NCBI RefSeq assembly: GCF_009914755.1
Contig: NC_060932.1
Strand: one strand, 5' to 3'
DNA from: the human T2T-CHM13v2.0 reference genome, Homo sapiens
Length of the DNA: 64,000 nt
Shown here: positions 37,782 through 51,289 of the stretch, in pieces
How the letters are laid out: each line of letters starts with the position of its first letter
Position numbering within the stretch: the first letter of the stretch is position 1
Translations under genes and position numbers: made by a program
The notes under the pieces: model-generated
Database searches by the model: none
Told to the model about the DNA's origin: nothing
The model's input: only the letters and a program-made list of their open reading frames with translations

Positions 37782-38314
37782 TCATACTGGTTTATTCATC
37801 CCATCGATGTCCCTCAGGTAAGCAGGATCCTGAACTGTATTTCGGACTCTGCTAGTGCTCTGCCGCTCCATCCTCATCTTCAGTGGAAAGCAGAAGTCCC
37901 GGAAACACCGCTTGAAGTTTTCATCAAGAAAGGCGTAGAGAATGGGATTCAGGCTACTGTTGGTATAGCCTAAGGCGATGCAGAAGTAATAGCTGGAGAG
38001 AGCAGCTGTGCTGTGGGAGGTGCTCCCCAGAGCCTCCACCAGGATGAATATGTGAATGGGAGTCCAGCAGACGACGAAGACTGCCACCACCACCAGGACC
38101 AGTCTGGTGATCCTACGCAGGTTGCGATCTTTCTCTCGGGAGCCAGAAAGGAGCCGGACGCTCTTGAGACGCAGGATCATCAGGGTGTAGCAGACGATGA
38201 TGATGAGGACAGGGATCACGAAGGCAAAGATGAAGACGCAGATCTTCATGAAGAGGTCCCACCAGGAGTAGTCATCATCTGGGAACTGCAAGGAGCACTC
38301 AATGACATCGACGT
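37782..38314 (-). CDS. OPRK1: Kappa opioid receptor exon 4, coding part (ECL2-TM7 and C-tail)
   Basis: Acceptor ctccag|ACGTCGAT; 533 nt to the TGA at 37784-37782. Contains CWTP (CWxP), NPILY (NPxxY) and C-terminus ...DGMNKPV. 257+353+533 = 1143 nt = 380 aa plus stop. Confidence 0.99.
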
Positions 38315-40059
38315 CTGGAGGAGGGCAATAAAAACCACAACACAGAAACCTGTTATTGTTATTACCGTGGCTGCAAAGTGTTTTAAATATGAATTTTAAT
38401 ACCTTTTATTGCAATGGTCCAATTATGGTAAGATGACATTACCTGAAGTAGATCACCAAATTACTAATGAATACTGTATTTTGTTAGCCATCCTAATCTT
38501 TGTGCATGGAACAATGATGATAGTCACTGTTTACTGGTAACATACACAATACTGTAGAATTAAGATTAGCTGACAATCTTGCTCATCTAGTTGCAGAAGT
38601 TGGTTTGACACTGATGGCTTGCAGAAGAGGTAAAGAGTTAATGTATACCATGAGTACTTATTTCTATTTCCATTCATTAACACTTCTCCCAGACCTAAGG
38701 CTCTGGCAATAAAAAAGCTAATGTCTATTTGTAATAAATGACTAAATATTTCAAATCTAGCCACTGAATTTAACAAAAGCCAACTTGTTTGAAAAACATT
38801 AACTGGTTTACAGGAAATCATTATGTGGGTCAACAAAAATTGATATGGAATTTGTTTAAATATGACTCAAGTATTGTCATTTAATGGAACCAATGACACT
38901 CATTGTGATTAAGGGCATTACTGAAACACAAGTAAAACCTTTGGAGGAGGTGGGGGAGAATCATCAACATCATCAAGGGAATTCTGAGTAAATCAGGCAC
39001 ATTTATTTTCATTTTTACCAACATTATTATGTAGCTCAGATAAAACAAATATTTGTATGTGATTACTTAGAAAATTGCTATATTTGCTCTGCTTCTCTTT
39101 GCTGGGTAGTATTCTCTTTGGAGTAGCCTTAATATTAGGAAGACCAGGGACTCAGGATGGACACCTTCTAAACTATTTTTGTGGGTGTCCCATGGGCTCA
39201 CCTTTCCCCAAACACCAGCTAGCCCACATTTCCAACCCCTGCCCCTGAGAAGTCAGCGAGCACACAGCAGAGCTCTCTTTGCCCTGGTCCTTCCTCACAG
39301 ACAAGGTAGTCATGAGCAACACCATGAGCGTGATTACAGTAATGAAAATATTTTTTTCTGACACTGGAAAAATCTGCTTCAAAAATAGCACATGAATATT
39401 TTTTTAAATAGCAAAACAGCTCTATTAATGTTTTCTAAAACATTTTAATGCAATCTTAATAGAATATCCAATCTTACTAGAATTTTAATTACATATACTT
39501 TAAAATAAAAAGGATATAAACATTTTTGACAATTAATAAAGACTATCTTAGAGACCTTCATGTATCAATGAAATACCAGATGAAACCTTGGAGTAGTAAA
39601 TGAACACTTCCAGAGAAATTTGTCATTTTTGATTTTTTAAAAAAGTCATTGTCCAAAGTAATATTACTATGAAGACTATTAACTTTTGCTTTAGTGTTTA
39701 TGGTAAATGATTTTTAAATCATTACTATTATAATAGAATATAAGATATCCATTAAGCAACTTTTGATGGGTGACACATGAAAAAAAAATCTGAGTTCAAT
39801 ATAAATATTCTATTCTGGGTTTTGACTTGTTTGTTGAATCTGGTAGAAGAGTTTCCTTGGAGGTAGGGACCATGGTTTGGTTTGTTTTTTTCTGCTTAGC
39901 TTTTATTTTCAGCATTAGTTGTTTCCTGTGGCTGACCTCAGCTTATATGTCACTTCAGAGACGTTTAGATGGAGGTCTGTCTCTTAAATTGTCCTCTCCT
40001 CGGTAACTTACACTTTGTCTACATGTTATATTCACCCAATTTCCCAGACAGAAGCCTGT

Positions 40060-40250
40060 CTGATCTGTAATTGTGTGTTACCTTCCTAACATTTTTCTCT
40101 CCATCCAGAATGTGAACTGCCTTAGTGGAGAAACCCAGCCTGCCTTAATCAACACTGAATCCCTGGCACCTAGGGTAGTACCTGGAACATGTGGTGCATA
40201 AACAGAATAAATTGTTAAATAAATGAACAAACAAATACATACCACATGAA
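40060..40250 (+). mobile_element. L2 3' end
   Basis: agaatgtgaactgcctt...ctggcacctagggtagtacctggaacat...ttgttaaataaatgaa. Confidence 0.65.
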
Positions 40251-40584
40251 TAACAAACCCTCGAAAGTGTGTCCTAATTACAGTAGTTATTATGGAAAAG
40301 TCACCGGCTAAGCTAAGCTAAGCAGAAGCCGCACAGGGCTGCTGTTTAATTCGGATAGACCTTTAACTCCGAGGCTCAGCTTCCTCCCAAACAAACTGCC
40401 TTGCATGTGGTGGGAGATGGTAAGTATTAGATGACTGGGTGAAATAATTAACAACAGCTACTTTACAAGACTTTGGGAAACAAACGTCCCACTACAGAGT
40501 TGGAAATATCCTCCAGAAATGTCAATGAAGCTGAATTTGTAGCGTAAAGAGAGTGCTGAGGCAATCATCAAGAATCCCAGTGCA

Positions 40585-41040
40585 CTTCACATTATGCTAA
40601 GGGGATCAAGCCAGGCACAGAAAGACAAATATCACATGTCCTCAAGCATCATATTTGGGAGGTTAAAAAAAAAAACCTGAACTTACAGAGATAGAGAGTA
40701 GAACCTCTAGAGGTGACCAGAGGCTGGGAAGGGTTGTGGGGAGGGGGATATACAGGGGTTGGTTAATGCATACGAAATACGCTTAGAAGAAAAAGGATCA
40801 TGTTCAGTAGCACAAGAAGGTGACTACAGTTAACAATAATTTATTATATATTTCAAAATAACTAAAAGAGTGAAATTGGAATGTTCCTAACACAAACAAA
40901 TGAGAAATACTTGAGGTGATGAATATCCCAATTACCCTAATTTGATCATTACACATTGTATGCTTGTATCAAAATAGCACTGGTACCCCCTAAATATGTA
41001 CATCTATTATGAATTCATAAAAACTAAGCATTTTTTAAAA
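40585..41040 (+). mobile_element. L1MA 3' end
   Basis: aagccaggcacagaaagacaaatatcacatg...ttgaggtgatgaatatcccaattaccc...aaatatgtacatctattatg. Confidence 0.85.
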
Positions 41041-41649
41041 AAGAAATTCCTGTCCAAGCATGCCATTTTTATTAAATGTTCTGTTTCAGGAAGAAGGGGG
41101 CATTTTCAGGTTGAAGTATCCATACAACTGCCTCAGTTTAACAAGCAGATTTTGGTTTCTTTATATATTAATATCAGAGGGCTGTGGCTTCTGCTGGCTC
41201 CTGTTCCAGCATCTCATGGTTGTCATAATTATAGAGTTAGTTCTAATAGCTAAACTAAAGCTTTTCTTGTGTGTATTCATTTTGTTAAGAATAATTGTTT
41301 CTGCTTATAGCGATTATAATAATTCTTAGCTACTATAAAAAAGTAAGAGCAGACTATGAATCCTCACATAATACACACACATATACTACAGTATGGAAAA
41401 TATTAGAGTCAACATTTTACGTTCACAAAGTGAAAGCTTTGCCTCAGAAAAGTTTCTTGCACTTTATTTCTATTTGCTGTAGGCATGAAGAAACAAAATC
41501 CTATGTGTGATTAATCATATTTTGAAATGCAAATATGATAAAGTTGGGCATTTCTTAAAATTTACCTAGTAGTATAGCTTGACACCTGCTATGGCTATGC
41601 TAGAAATTCATTTTGTAGTTTCAGAGGGAAAAGATCAGCTTCATTAAAA

Positions 41650-41920
41650 AACAATGAATAAAGTCATTATACATTTGTTCAAATCCACAGGACACATAAC
41701 CCGGAGAGTGAGCCCTCCTGTAAACTCCAGGCTCTGAGTGATAACGACGTGTCAGTGTGGGTTCAGCAGCTGTAATAAATGGACCACTCTGTAGGGGAGG
41801 ATGTGCCTGTGTGGGGTAAATGGAGGTAAATGGAAGTGCCTCTCTGTGCTTTCTGGTCAGTTTTGCTGTGAACCTAAAACTGTAAACTGAAACCTAACTA
41901 GATTAAGTCTAAAAACAAAC
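41650..41920 (+). mobile_element. L1MC 3' end fragment
   Basis: gtcattatacatttgttcaaatccacag...ttttgctgtgaacctaaaactg. Confidence 0.75.
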
Positions 41921-42193
41921 AAACCATGTATCATGCAAGACAAGCTATGATTTTAGTGCCTTGCCCTTTCACTATGACCTGGAAAATCCTCACTATATAC
42001 ACTCAGTTATCTGCTCTCACAGGTATTATGAACCCCCTAGTAAACTGGAGCATTTATATACCTGCTGGAGCATTAAACAGCATGAGTAGGCCCAGAGTGA
42101 CTATTCTGCTCACCTCCCCATCATTAATTTCTATGAGGAACAAAGATGCTTTCTATAGCTTTATATTTTGCTAGTAAAGCAAAACTCCTAGAA

Positions 42194-42369
42194 CAGTACC
42201 TCTCACCTTGGCTGCAGGTCAGAGTCACCTGGAGAGAGCTCAAAAATCTTGACACCCAGGCTGTACCCCAGGTCAATTACACCAGACCCTTAAGGGGTGG
42301 GATGCAGGCAGCAGTGTTTTCTAAAGTACCCAGGTGATTCCAATGTGCAGCCCAGAGTGAGAACTACTG
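42194..42369. mobile_element. MER5A-type hAT DNA transposon fossil
   Basis: CAGT...ACTG termini and a perfect 8-bp TSD tcctagaa (42186-42193 and 42370-42377). Confidence 0.9.
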
Positions 42370-42375
42370 TCCTAG

Positions 42376-42745
<370 letters not shown>

Positions 42746-43242
42746 TCATCTGTAACTACCATCCGTTAACTTGATTTTGAATGGCCTACAGCCAAAGCTG
42801 TTAAAATAGTGATTTGGAGGTTATCCTTTAGGAATAAAAGAGGAAAGAACCAGCATATGTCACCAATAATTTATATCCCTTGTTAAAGAGAAAAAAAGGA
42901 GTGAGAAGGTGTGTCCTGGACTTGCCAGGTTGTACTTTAAAATTCCACATGCCTGTGGTTTCTTACCTCATCCTCACCCCTCCACTTTCTACTAAACATT
43001 GCCAGAATGGGAGACAGGTCGGGCATCTCTCTTCTGGCAATGTCATTATTGCATTCTGTGTTTAGAGGTGGAAAGGGACACAAAATTGTTCTACTTCTCA
43101 TCTTCCATGGATTTAGGCACTACATTTCCGTCGTCTTTTGGCATCGATTTCCACTAAATATGTGGCCTACTCACGCTCAAATTAAAAGTCTATGTAATTT
43201 GAAGCTACATTTTTATGAACAGAATGAAATGACTGCTCTTAC

Positions 43243-43595
43243 CTTCCCTGACTTTGGTGCCTCCAAGGACTATTGCAGAGATGCCAACAGATGACGACAG
43301 CAGCCAGATGCAGATATTGATGATCTTTGCCTTCAAGGGTGTGCGGAAGTCCAAAGCCTTCACGGGGTGGCACACGGCAATGTAGCGGTCCACGCTCATC
43401 ATGGTCAAGGTGAAGATGCTGGTGAACATGTTGTAGTAATCAATGGAAATTACTATCTTGCACAGCACATCCCCAAAAGGCCAGGAATTCATCAAGTAGA
43501 CCGTACTCTGAAAGGGCATGGTTGTAGTAACTAAAGCATCTGCCAAAGCCAGGTTAAATATGTAAATGTTGGTTGCTGTCTTCATCTTTGTGTAT
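43243..43595 (-). CDS. OPRK1: Kappa opioid receptor exon 3 (TM2-TM4)
   Basis: Acceptor ttttag|ATACACAAAG and donor GAAG|gtaaga; 353 nt. Encodes [20 protein letters not shown]...IDYYNMF...[20 protein letters not shown]...GGTKVRE, including the LALAD and DRY motifs and the TM3 Asp. Confidence 0.99.
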
Positions 43596-45389
43596 CTAAA
43601 AGAAAAGAAACAATAGCATTTCCCTCCATTTTCAAGTCAAACCCATAAGGTGAATGTGTTTGTGATAGCCTTTGGATTACTGATTTTGCTTCTTCATTCA
43701 ATTATTCTTATATTCATTGAGGGTCTAACATGTAAATGGACTGTTCTAGACATTGATAGGAAAAATGGACAAAGATCTCCAACTTTATTGTTTATTCTAG
43801 TGCTTTGTTTAAAAAATTTCAATATAGAAGATACAGAAAATAGCAGAGATAGATGAATAGACATATAGATCTAGCATTGCATATAATACAGATCTTTATT
43901 TTGTGGCTGACAATTCATCTTAATCCTGCCCAGAGTCGCTTGGCTTTAAGCATTTTTCAAACACTATATTCATTCTCTTTGACTTGTTTAAAACATTTTT
44001 TTCCTCAGGGTTATTTTGAGAAATCAATCATTATAATTATGATGTATTTTGAAAATACAAAATGGTTTTCAATTTTGATATATGCTCAGTTGCAATGGCT
44101 GAAACACAATTAGGTTTGCTGATTTTTGTTCTCCAGTGCACCATTAATTTGTCATTTTAAATATATTATATAAATAAAGCAGATTGAATTCTGCTCTTAC
44201 ACATCATAGCACTAAGCATAGTATGGTACAGCAGAAAAGAAATAATTCTGTCTTTCTTTACTCCTTGAGATATTTTCTAAGCACGTAATATGTCTCATCT
44301 TCCAATTGAGAGAAGAGTAATTTTCAAGGTAGGTAAGAAAGATTGCTTTTATGCCTGAGTTATTCTTTACATTATAACATGATGTTTAGGACAACTTAAT
44401 TTTCAACTAAGACTGAGTTAAGAGGGTTGTTTTGCTTAGAGAATGCTTCCTCAAATATCCATAGAGTATTAAATAAATGTTCCAAACCATACCATCAGAT
44501 TTTCAAAGGCCAAGAGCTGAAATATGTTGGGAAAATCCATACGTTGATTACTTTCTACAGCCTCAGATTTGAAGATCTTGTCACAATTCAAGCGTGCCCC
44601 ATTTGATACATGAATTTCCACATGAGAAACAACTCTGAACATTTCATGATAGAACAGAACAGCTCTTGCTCCTCTTGGAGGCAGTGTGGTCTCATGTGAA
44701 CTCAGACAATCCTGAGTCTGAACTCAGAGAATGACTTATCTGATTTTCAGTTCCTGCTAAATAAGAATCATAAAACCTAACTCACAGTACGTGAGACAAG
44801 GGCAGTAGATGGCCTGATGCACAGGTTCACACTCCAGCCTCAGTGTCCACTGCCTTCCCTCCCCACCTCCCATCTCTACTCATTAGGAAGTGGCTGTGTT
44901 TGGGGTCAGCTGGGAAGGCATTGTGAAGACGGGTACTAGAGTTGGTATCTGTTAGTTTCCATTTGGATGTTCTGCTTACTAAAGAGTGATTTAATCTGGA
45001 AAGCGAGGAGTTTATTTAAAAATGTGTTTTGCCTTTATACTTTTTATTCAGACATTATTAAATGACCTATAAGTTTTAGATAGTGACTAAACATGGATGG
45101 CCAAGTTCTCATAGCACAGGCTTTAGAAAAGCAGAGATAGCCAAGCAAGGACAGTTACTGAGAAGGAGCCACATGTTTCTAATGAGAAAGACTGAAATGC
45201 TATCTGTTCAGATATTTTCTTAAAAATATGGTTTTATGTTTGAAAAAAATGCATCTTACAAACCTAACTTCTACTCTTTCAACTCCTCCCACCCCAAAAC
45301 CCCAGATACTAGCAAGGATTCCAGCAGGAATCTGACTCCTGCTCTTGTATTTTATGACTCTGATATTCCCCTCTTTCTTTATGAAGTCA

Positions 45390-46380
45390 GAGTGGCATTC
45401 TTTTTGCTATAAACTTAGGCAGACCTGGGTTCTAGTCCTTATTTTTCAAACTAACGAGTATATTTTAGAGGGTCCTTAACCACCCTGAGCTTCAGTTTCC
45501 CCAACTATAAAATGGAAACTATAATATTTATCTCATAGAGTTCCAGGGGTAATTAATGAATGCACCTGACCCAGACAGCATGTCTAATCTATGTCATGTT
45601 CCCCAACTCCCACCTCCCTTCTTACGTGAGTGGAAGCCACCAGTTACCACAGGAAGCAGAAAAGAATGTAGTTTCTAGGTAACATCCATGGTCATATTTA
45701 CCCAGTTCAGCTTAAATATAAAAGGTGAGAATAAAAAGGAGCCCCAGGACCTGACACAAAGAACATGAATGCAATGATCCATAAATTACTGTAAAATGTA
45801 ATGTGCATCTTTAAGTAGTCATACAATGTAGAGTGATAGCTTGATTTTAGTTTTTCAAAATATTTATAGCCAATAGATGTATGAAACTGTGTAAGACTTG
45901 AACATGTAAAGAATTCAAACTCCATCTGCAGATCTCAGAGAGATGAGTACAGGCAATAATCACACTGACCACATTTCCGAAGTGCCTGCGTCAGGACCTC
46001 TGCCATGCATTCCCCAAGCTTTGTCTCAATTCATCCTCACAGTCACTTCATGTGGTAGGTACTGGTATCCTTATTCTATAGATGAAGTGACTAAGAATCA
46101 CAGGATTTTCTTTAAAATTCTCAAAGTGATATAACTATAGGCATAGCAGAAATTTAAACCCAGGGGTTTGATCCCAATTCGTCCATTCTTACATCTCCCC
46201 AGCACTTTGTAATTTGCAAAGTCCAGTATTTTGACTTCCCCGTATCTTACTTGATTCTCGAAACTACTGCCCTTCTAGTTTACCTGAAAGACTTATGTCT
46301 TTTCCCTCATATAGCTGAAGAAATTTAGGCTCAGGTAAGTTAAGTGATTTGTTTGGTGTCAGCAGAGGCAGGACCTCAGT
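45390..46380. mobile_element. Cluster of MIR fragments in both orientations
   Basis: agacctgggttctagtcc...cttcagtttccccaactataaaatgg (+); cttattctatagatgaagtgactaag (-). Confidence 0.65.
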
Positions 46381-49159
46381 GGGAGGATCTGGATGGGGTG
46401 GCAAGGCAGGGCCCCCTTCCAGGTTTCTGGAAGACACATGCTTATAAACCTACAACACTAGAAGGGGAGAACTCATGAGTATAATTAAAAGTAATGAATA
46501 AACTCTGAATTCAATGAATATTTGTAGATAGTTCTTCTGCGTACTACACTGGACTACTCTGTGAACGTGAATATAAAGCAAGGCTGTGACGCTCAGAGGC
46601 AGGCTGGTTGAGCCCCAGGGTATTGTTTGTATCTAACCGCAACAGAATTAGCCAGTCTTTTCATTCACTGTATGTCCACCACTGAAAAAACAAGCAAGCT
46701 TTCTCATTATGCTATGATATGAAATTATTTTCCATTTCACCCACACTGCTTTACAAAAATTCACAAGCATTTTAAGCAAAATGGCACCATCTGGGTGGGA
46801 AGTTCTGGCTTGTGTGGAGGAGCTGGAAGTGGGCTGGCAGCTCGTGGCTGCACTTTTGAGCATACACACCGCAGGAGCATATGGTATGAAAAGAGCAAAG
46901 TCCGTGGGCTGTCCTCGCTAAACTGACAACATAACAGACCTGAAAAAACAGTACGGTGCATGGAATGGGAAGCAAGGGGCAGGCCGGGAAAGAGGGCTTA
47001 CCTGGGGAACTTGAGTTGTGAGCACCGGGAAGGCTATGGTGGCCAGGCAACAGGGCGGAGGGTGTTCCAGAGACTTAGAAATGCTCCCCAGTGACACTTT
47101 AACTCAAGACCATCCTAGCGTACTTCTCTTTACAGAGAAACGAGGGTTGGCTTCAAAATTGGCAGACACTGGTGCTTGTGTGATGGTGAGGGGAACAAAG
47201 TTATCTGCTGAGATGTCAGGAACCAGTGTCACCAGGCAGGGTTTCTGGGAGGACGTGACACTCACCATGCTAGAAAGGTGGCACTTGAGAAGGGGGAGCT
47301 GACCCTGCAACACAGCACTCTCAGGACTTCCTGTCCTTTCCATGCATGGCTGTACTCAGACAATATGCAGGAGGTAGAGGAGGTAATTATTGGATTATTA
47401 GCATGCTTTGCTGTTGAGGTGCATTGCCTAGGTTTGTTTTCTGTTTTTTAAATTTCAATGATGCTTCTTTAATCAGGAACTCCTTTTCACCTTCATGACA
47501 ATAGTATAATAAACCTTTAATCTTGATGACTGATTACCATATACCTTTCAAATCAACACACTTTCAGTTGCACTGATTTCAGTTATTCTGGGTCTTCTCT
47601 TGCACTTGTCCCCTATGGTGACGCATGCACCCTCTCTTCCCTCTCCAGTTATGTGCATGGCCCCTCCTCTGTCTTTACTCTTTCATTTCCCTACCCCATA
47701 AGTAGCAATATACTAGACTTTGAGGATGACTGAAAAACTCAATATACAGACCCTGGCTCTGAGGATCTTTTAAACTGAGAGCAGATTATAATGTGAACTA
47801 TAGGAATACATGGAAGAGAAAGATTGCTGTGTAGTGAGGAAATCAGCACATATTCTGAAGAGAAAATTTAGCAGGATCTTGAGATTTGAGAAAGATCTGG
47901 ACAGAGAGAGAAGCTTTCTGGCTAGTGTCTTATTCAGAGTCAATGAGGAAATGGATTTCCTGGTTCAGGGTTCCTGCTGAGGAGTCACAGGTGGCTGCCT
48001 GGGATGGGAACAGTAGTGTCAGGCCACAGAGGGCCCTGAACACCAGAAGGAAAAAAATCACTTTAACATTTATTGATGACATTATGTGACAGACACTGTC
48101 TGGGGAATTCCATATTATCTGATAAAGTTGTCATGATGATTAAATGAGACATGCATAAAATTACTTAGCACCAGACTGGTACTTGATAATTTCTTAGTGA
48201 ATGCCAGCCTTCATTGTCACATGACTGCTCCTGCTGTTGTTACTGTTATTATTCATTACCTGCCACAGCCCTAATAAGCCATATCACAATCCCATAAGAT
48301 ATCACTGCCCCTACTTTCTTCTGAAGAGAAAAAGTTTGAGAAAACGTCTTAGAAATACTCTCAGTGTTTTTCAGTTCTTGGAATCTACATGTAATAAGTA
48401 AAGGAACTCAGGCTTGTCTTATTCCAAGCTTTCTTTAAAAACCAGGTATTTTATCAGAGAAATAAATACTGCCACTTCCTGCAGTTCAATGTTGAAAAGC
48501 ATTCTGATGAGGACGGTCAAGTATGCATCATGAGGGTAGAAAACATTTAGCATGAGAAACAGGGCAAGGTCCAGGCAGAAATACTGTAATAATACATTAA
48601 ATACTACCCCTCAATGGACAAAACAATGTCATGTACATTGTGGAATTTTTCCATAGGCCCATTTTTGGGGGTGGGGAAACTGAGTTAAAAGGGAGTAGGT
48701 GACTTGCCTGAAACTACAAACTAGTGAGACAATGGGAATTCAAACTTCAGCTCCAATATAATAAAAAAGAAAAAGGAAACAAAACAAAACAAAAGCCCTG
48801 GTGATTTTCTAAATAGATTCCTTTAATACAGCAAAAACCTAAAGGTCCATAGAATGCACCTGAACAAATGCTGTTTGGTGAAAACACAAGTGTGATCAAA
48901 TGCCATGGACCCACAGGAAGCTGGTGGCTCTCTTACAACACTAGAGCTGCCCTTGGAGTCCAAAGAGGCCCAAGACACCAAACTCAGTAAGAGGAGAGCT
49001 CTGCAGCAGCAGGGAAAATGCAGTCCTTCTTCACAAATGATGGAAGATGAGCATGGTCAGAGATGAGTTTGGGAGCTCTTTTCTCTGTATTGCCAACAAG
49101 CATTTTCCTGGGCGTGTCTTCCAGATGCATGGCATTCTAGATTTTATGTGCAAAATGAT

Positions 49160-49700
49160 CAGAAATGGTGGGGGAAATGGAGAGGGCTGGTCAAAGGATA
49201 CAAAGCTTCAGTATAAGATGAATAAACTCAGGGGATCCAATTTACAGCAGGGGGCTAGCATCAACAATACTGTATTGCTTATCTTGAAATTTGCTGATTG
49301 AGTAGATCTTAACTGTACTCACCCCTCCAATACACACCATACATGCACAAAATGGTAACTGTGTGTGGTAATGGCTGTGTAATCTGTGGTAATCACAAAT
49401 TAATGTATATCAAATCACCATGTTGTGCATGTTTAATATATGTAATTTTTATTTGTCAATTATGCCTCACCAAAGCTTGTGGGTGGGGGGAATAATGAAC
49501 TCTGATGTAAGGTATGGCCTCTGGGTTATGATGTGTAAATGCAGGCTCATCAGTCCCACAAATGTCCCACTCTGGGGGAATGTGAGAATGGAGACTGTGC
49601 ATGTGTGGGGGCATGGGGTATATGGGAACTGTAACTTCCCTTCCATTTTTCTGTGAAGTTAAAACTGCTTTTTTAAAAGTCTGTTTAAAAAATAAAAATA
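49160..49700 (+). mobile_element. L1MA and L1MC 3' end fragments
   Basis: ggtcaaaggatacaaagcttcagtataagatgaataa...; atgaactctgatgtaaggtatggcctctgggtt. Confidence 0.75.
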
Positions 49701-49904
49701 AAATGAAGAATGATGACCGTGCTGACGTGACTTTTCAGTGGAACTTACTTAAAAACATAATGAGTGTTTCACTAAATTTTTCAGTCAGTTTCAGTTCACC
49801 TCAATGAAATTAACTGCTATATGCTCTTCTGGGTTATTTACTATTGAAATTGTAGGGTTTTTTTTCTAAAGGGGCAGTAGTTTATTAATTCTAGAAAAGA
49901 AAGG

Positions 49905-50100
49905 AGGGAGGCAGAGGCAGGAGGATGGCTTGACCGCCCCACTGCACCCCAGCCTGGGCCACAGAGAGAGACTCCATGTTTGTTTGTCTGCTTAAAAAGA
50001 AAGGTAAAAGGAAAGGAAAGAAAAAAGAAAAGGAAAGGGAAAGAGAAAGAAAGGAAAAATGGAAGGAAAGGAAAATGGAAAGGAAAGATAAGGAAATTAA
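49905..50100 (+). repeat. Alu right-arm remnant followed by GA-rich low-complexity tract
   Basis: ggaggcagaggcaggaggatggcttga...cactgcaccccagcctgggccacagagagagactcc, then (GGAAA)n-like sequence. Confidence 0.8.
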
Positions 50101-50964
50101 ATTCACTGCTTCTCAAAGGATCTGATATCCTTTGATATCCCTCAGTCTGTAGTATTCTGAAGGAGTCATACTCACATAGGAGCCAGGCCCTTGCAGCTCT
50201 CCAGAATCACTCTCCTGGTGCAAAGCGCAAAGGCGTCAAGAGAACAGCAGGCACCCACGTGCGATCAGGACTCCAGACGCACAGCCCCGCGCAGGTGCAG
50301 GCTACCCATGCAGAGTGGCAGCAAGCAAGGAAGGAAGGGTAACGGGGAGCGATGATTCCGCGGGAACAGCCAGTGCCCCTGGGAGCTGCTAAGCTCCTCC
50401 TCTCAGTTGTCCCGGCTGTGGAATCATGCGCCTCTGGACCCCTAGAAGGAACGTTCTAGTGCATTCAGGGTTATGTGCAGGGTGAGCGCTTCTCACGCCC
50501 AACAGCACCTATAAGAAAATGGCACCTCGCTAATGACTGGCGTGCACTTTCCTAGGGCACAACTACCCGGATGCCTAGCGGTATATGGATACTTAAAATT
50601 AGTTTTCCTATTTTTATACAGAAAGCTGACCTAAGTCAAAGCAAGCCACAGAGCGTGGGCACATGGAGAGGAGGATGATGGCCCTCTTGCGCTGCCCTCT
50701 ACCCATGAAGCCAGTTCTCCACTGGACAGGAAGCAACCCAGCCAGGCAGAGGGCGCTGAGAAGATTCAGGGCTAAGCAAACTGGGCTGTGATACTGGATT
50801 GATCATTTAACAACTGCCTGCCCTTGGGCAGTTCATTAAACCTCTGTAGTTGATTTCCTCATCTGAAAACGAGCTCTAACAATCTTCATTTCATAGGTGT
50901 GTTGTGAATTTGAGTGAGCTCAACAGGAGCTCTGAAAATCAGTCCTGTCATAGCTGATCTCTGA

Positions 50965-51289
<325 letters not shown>

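Noticed and set aside
37791-37796. AATAAA within the last codons (AAT AAA)
   Set aside because: Explained by the Asn-Lys codons; no evidence that it is used as a poly(A) signal.
38013-38399. 128-aa + strand ORF
   Set aside because: Antisense shadow of OPRK1 exon 4.
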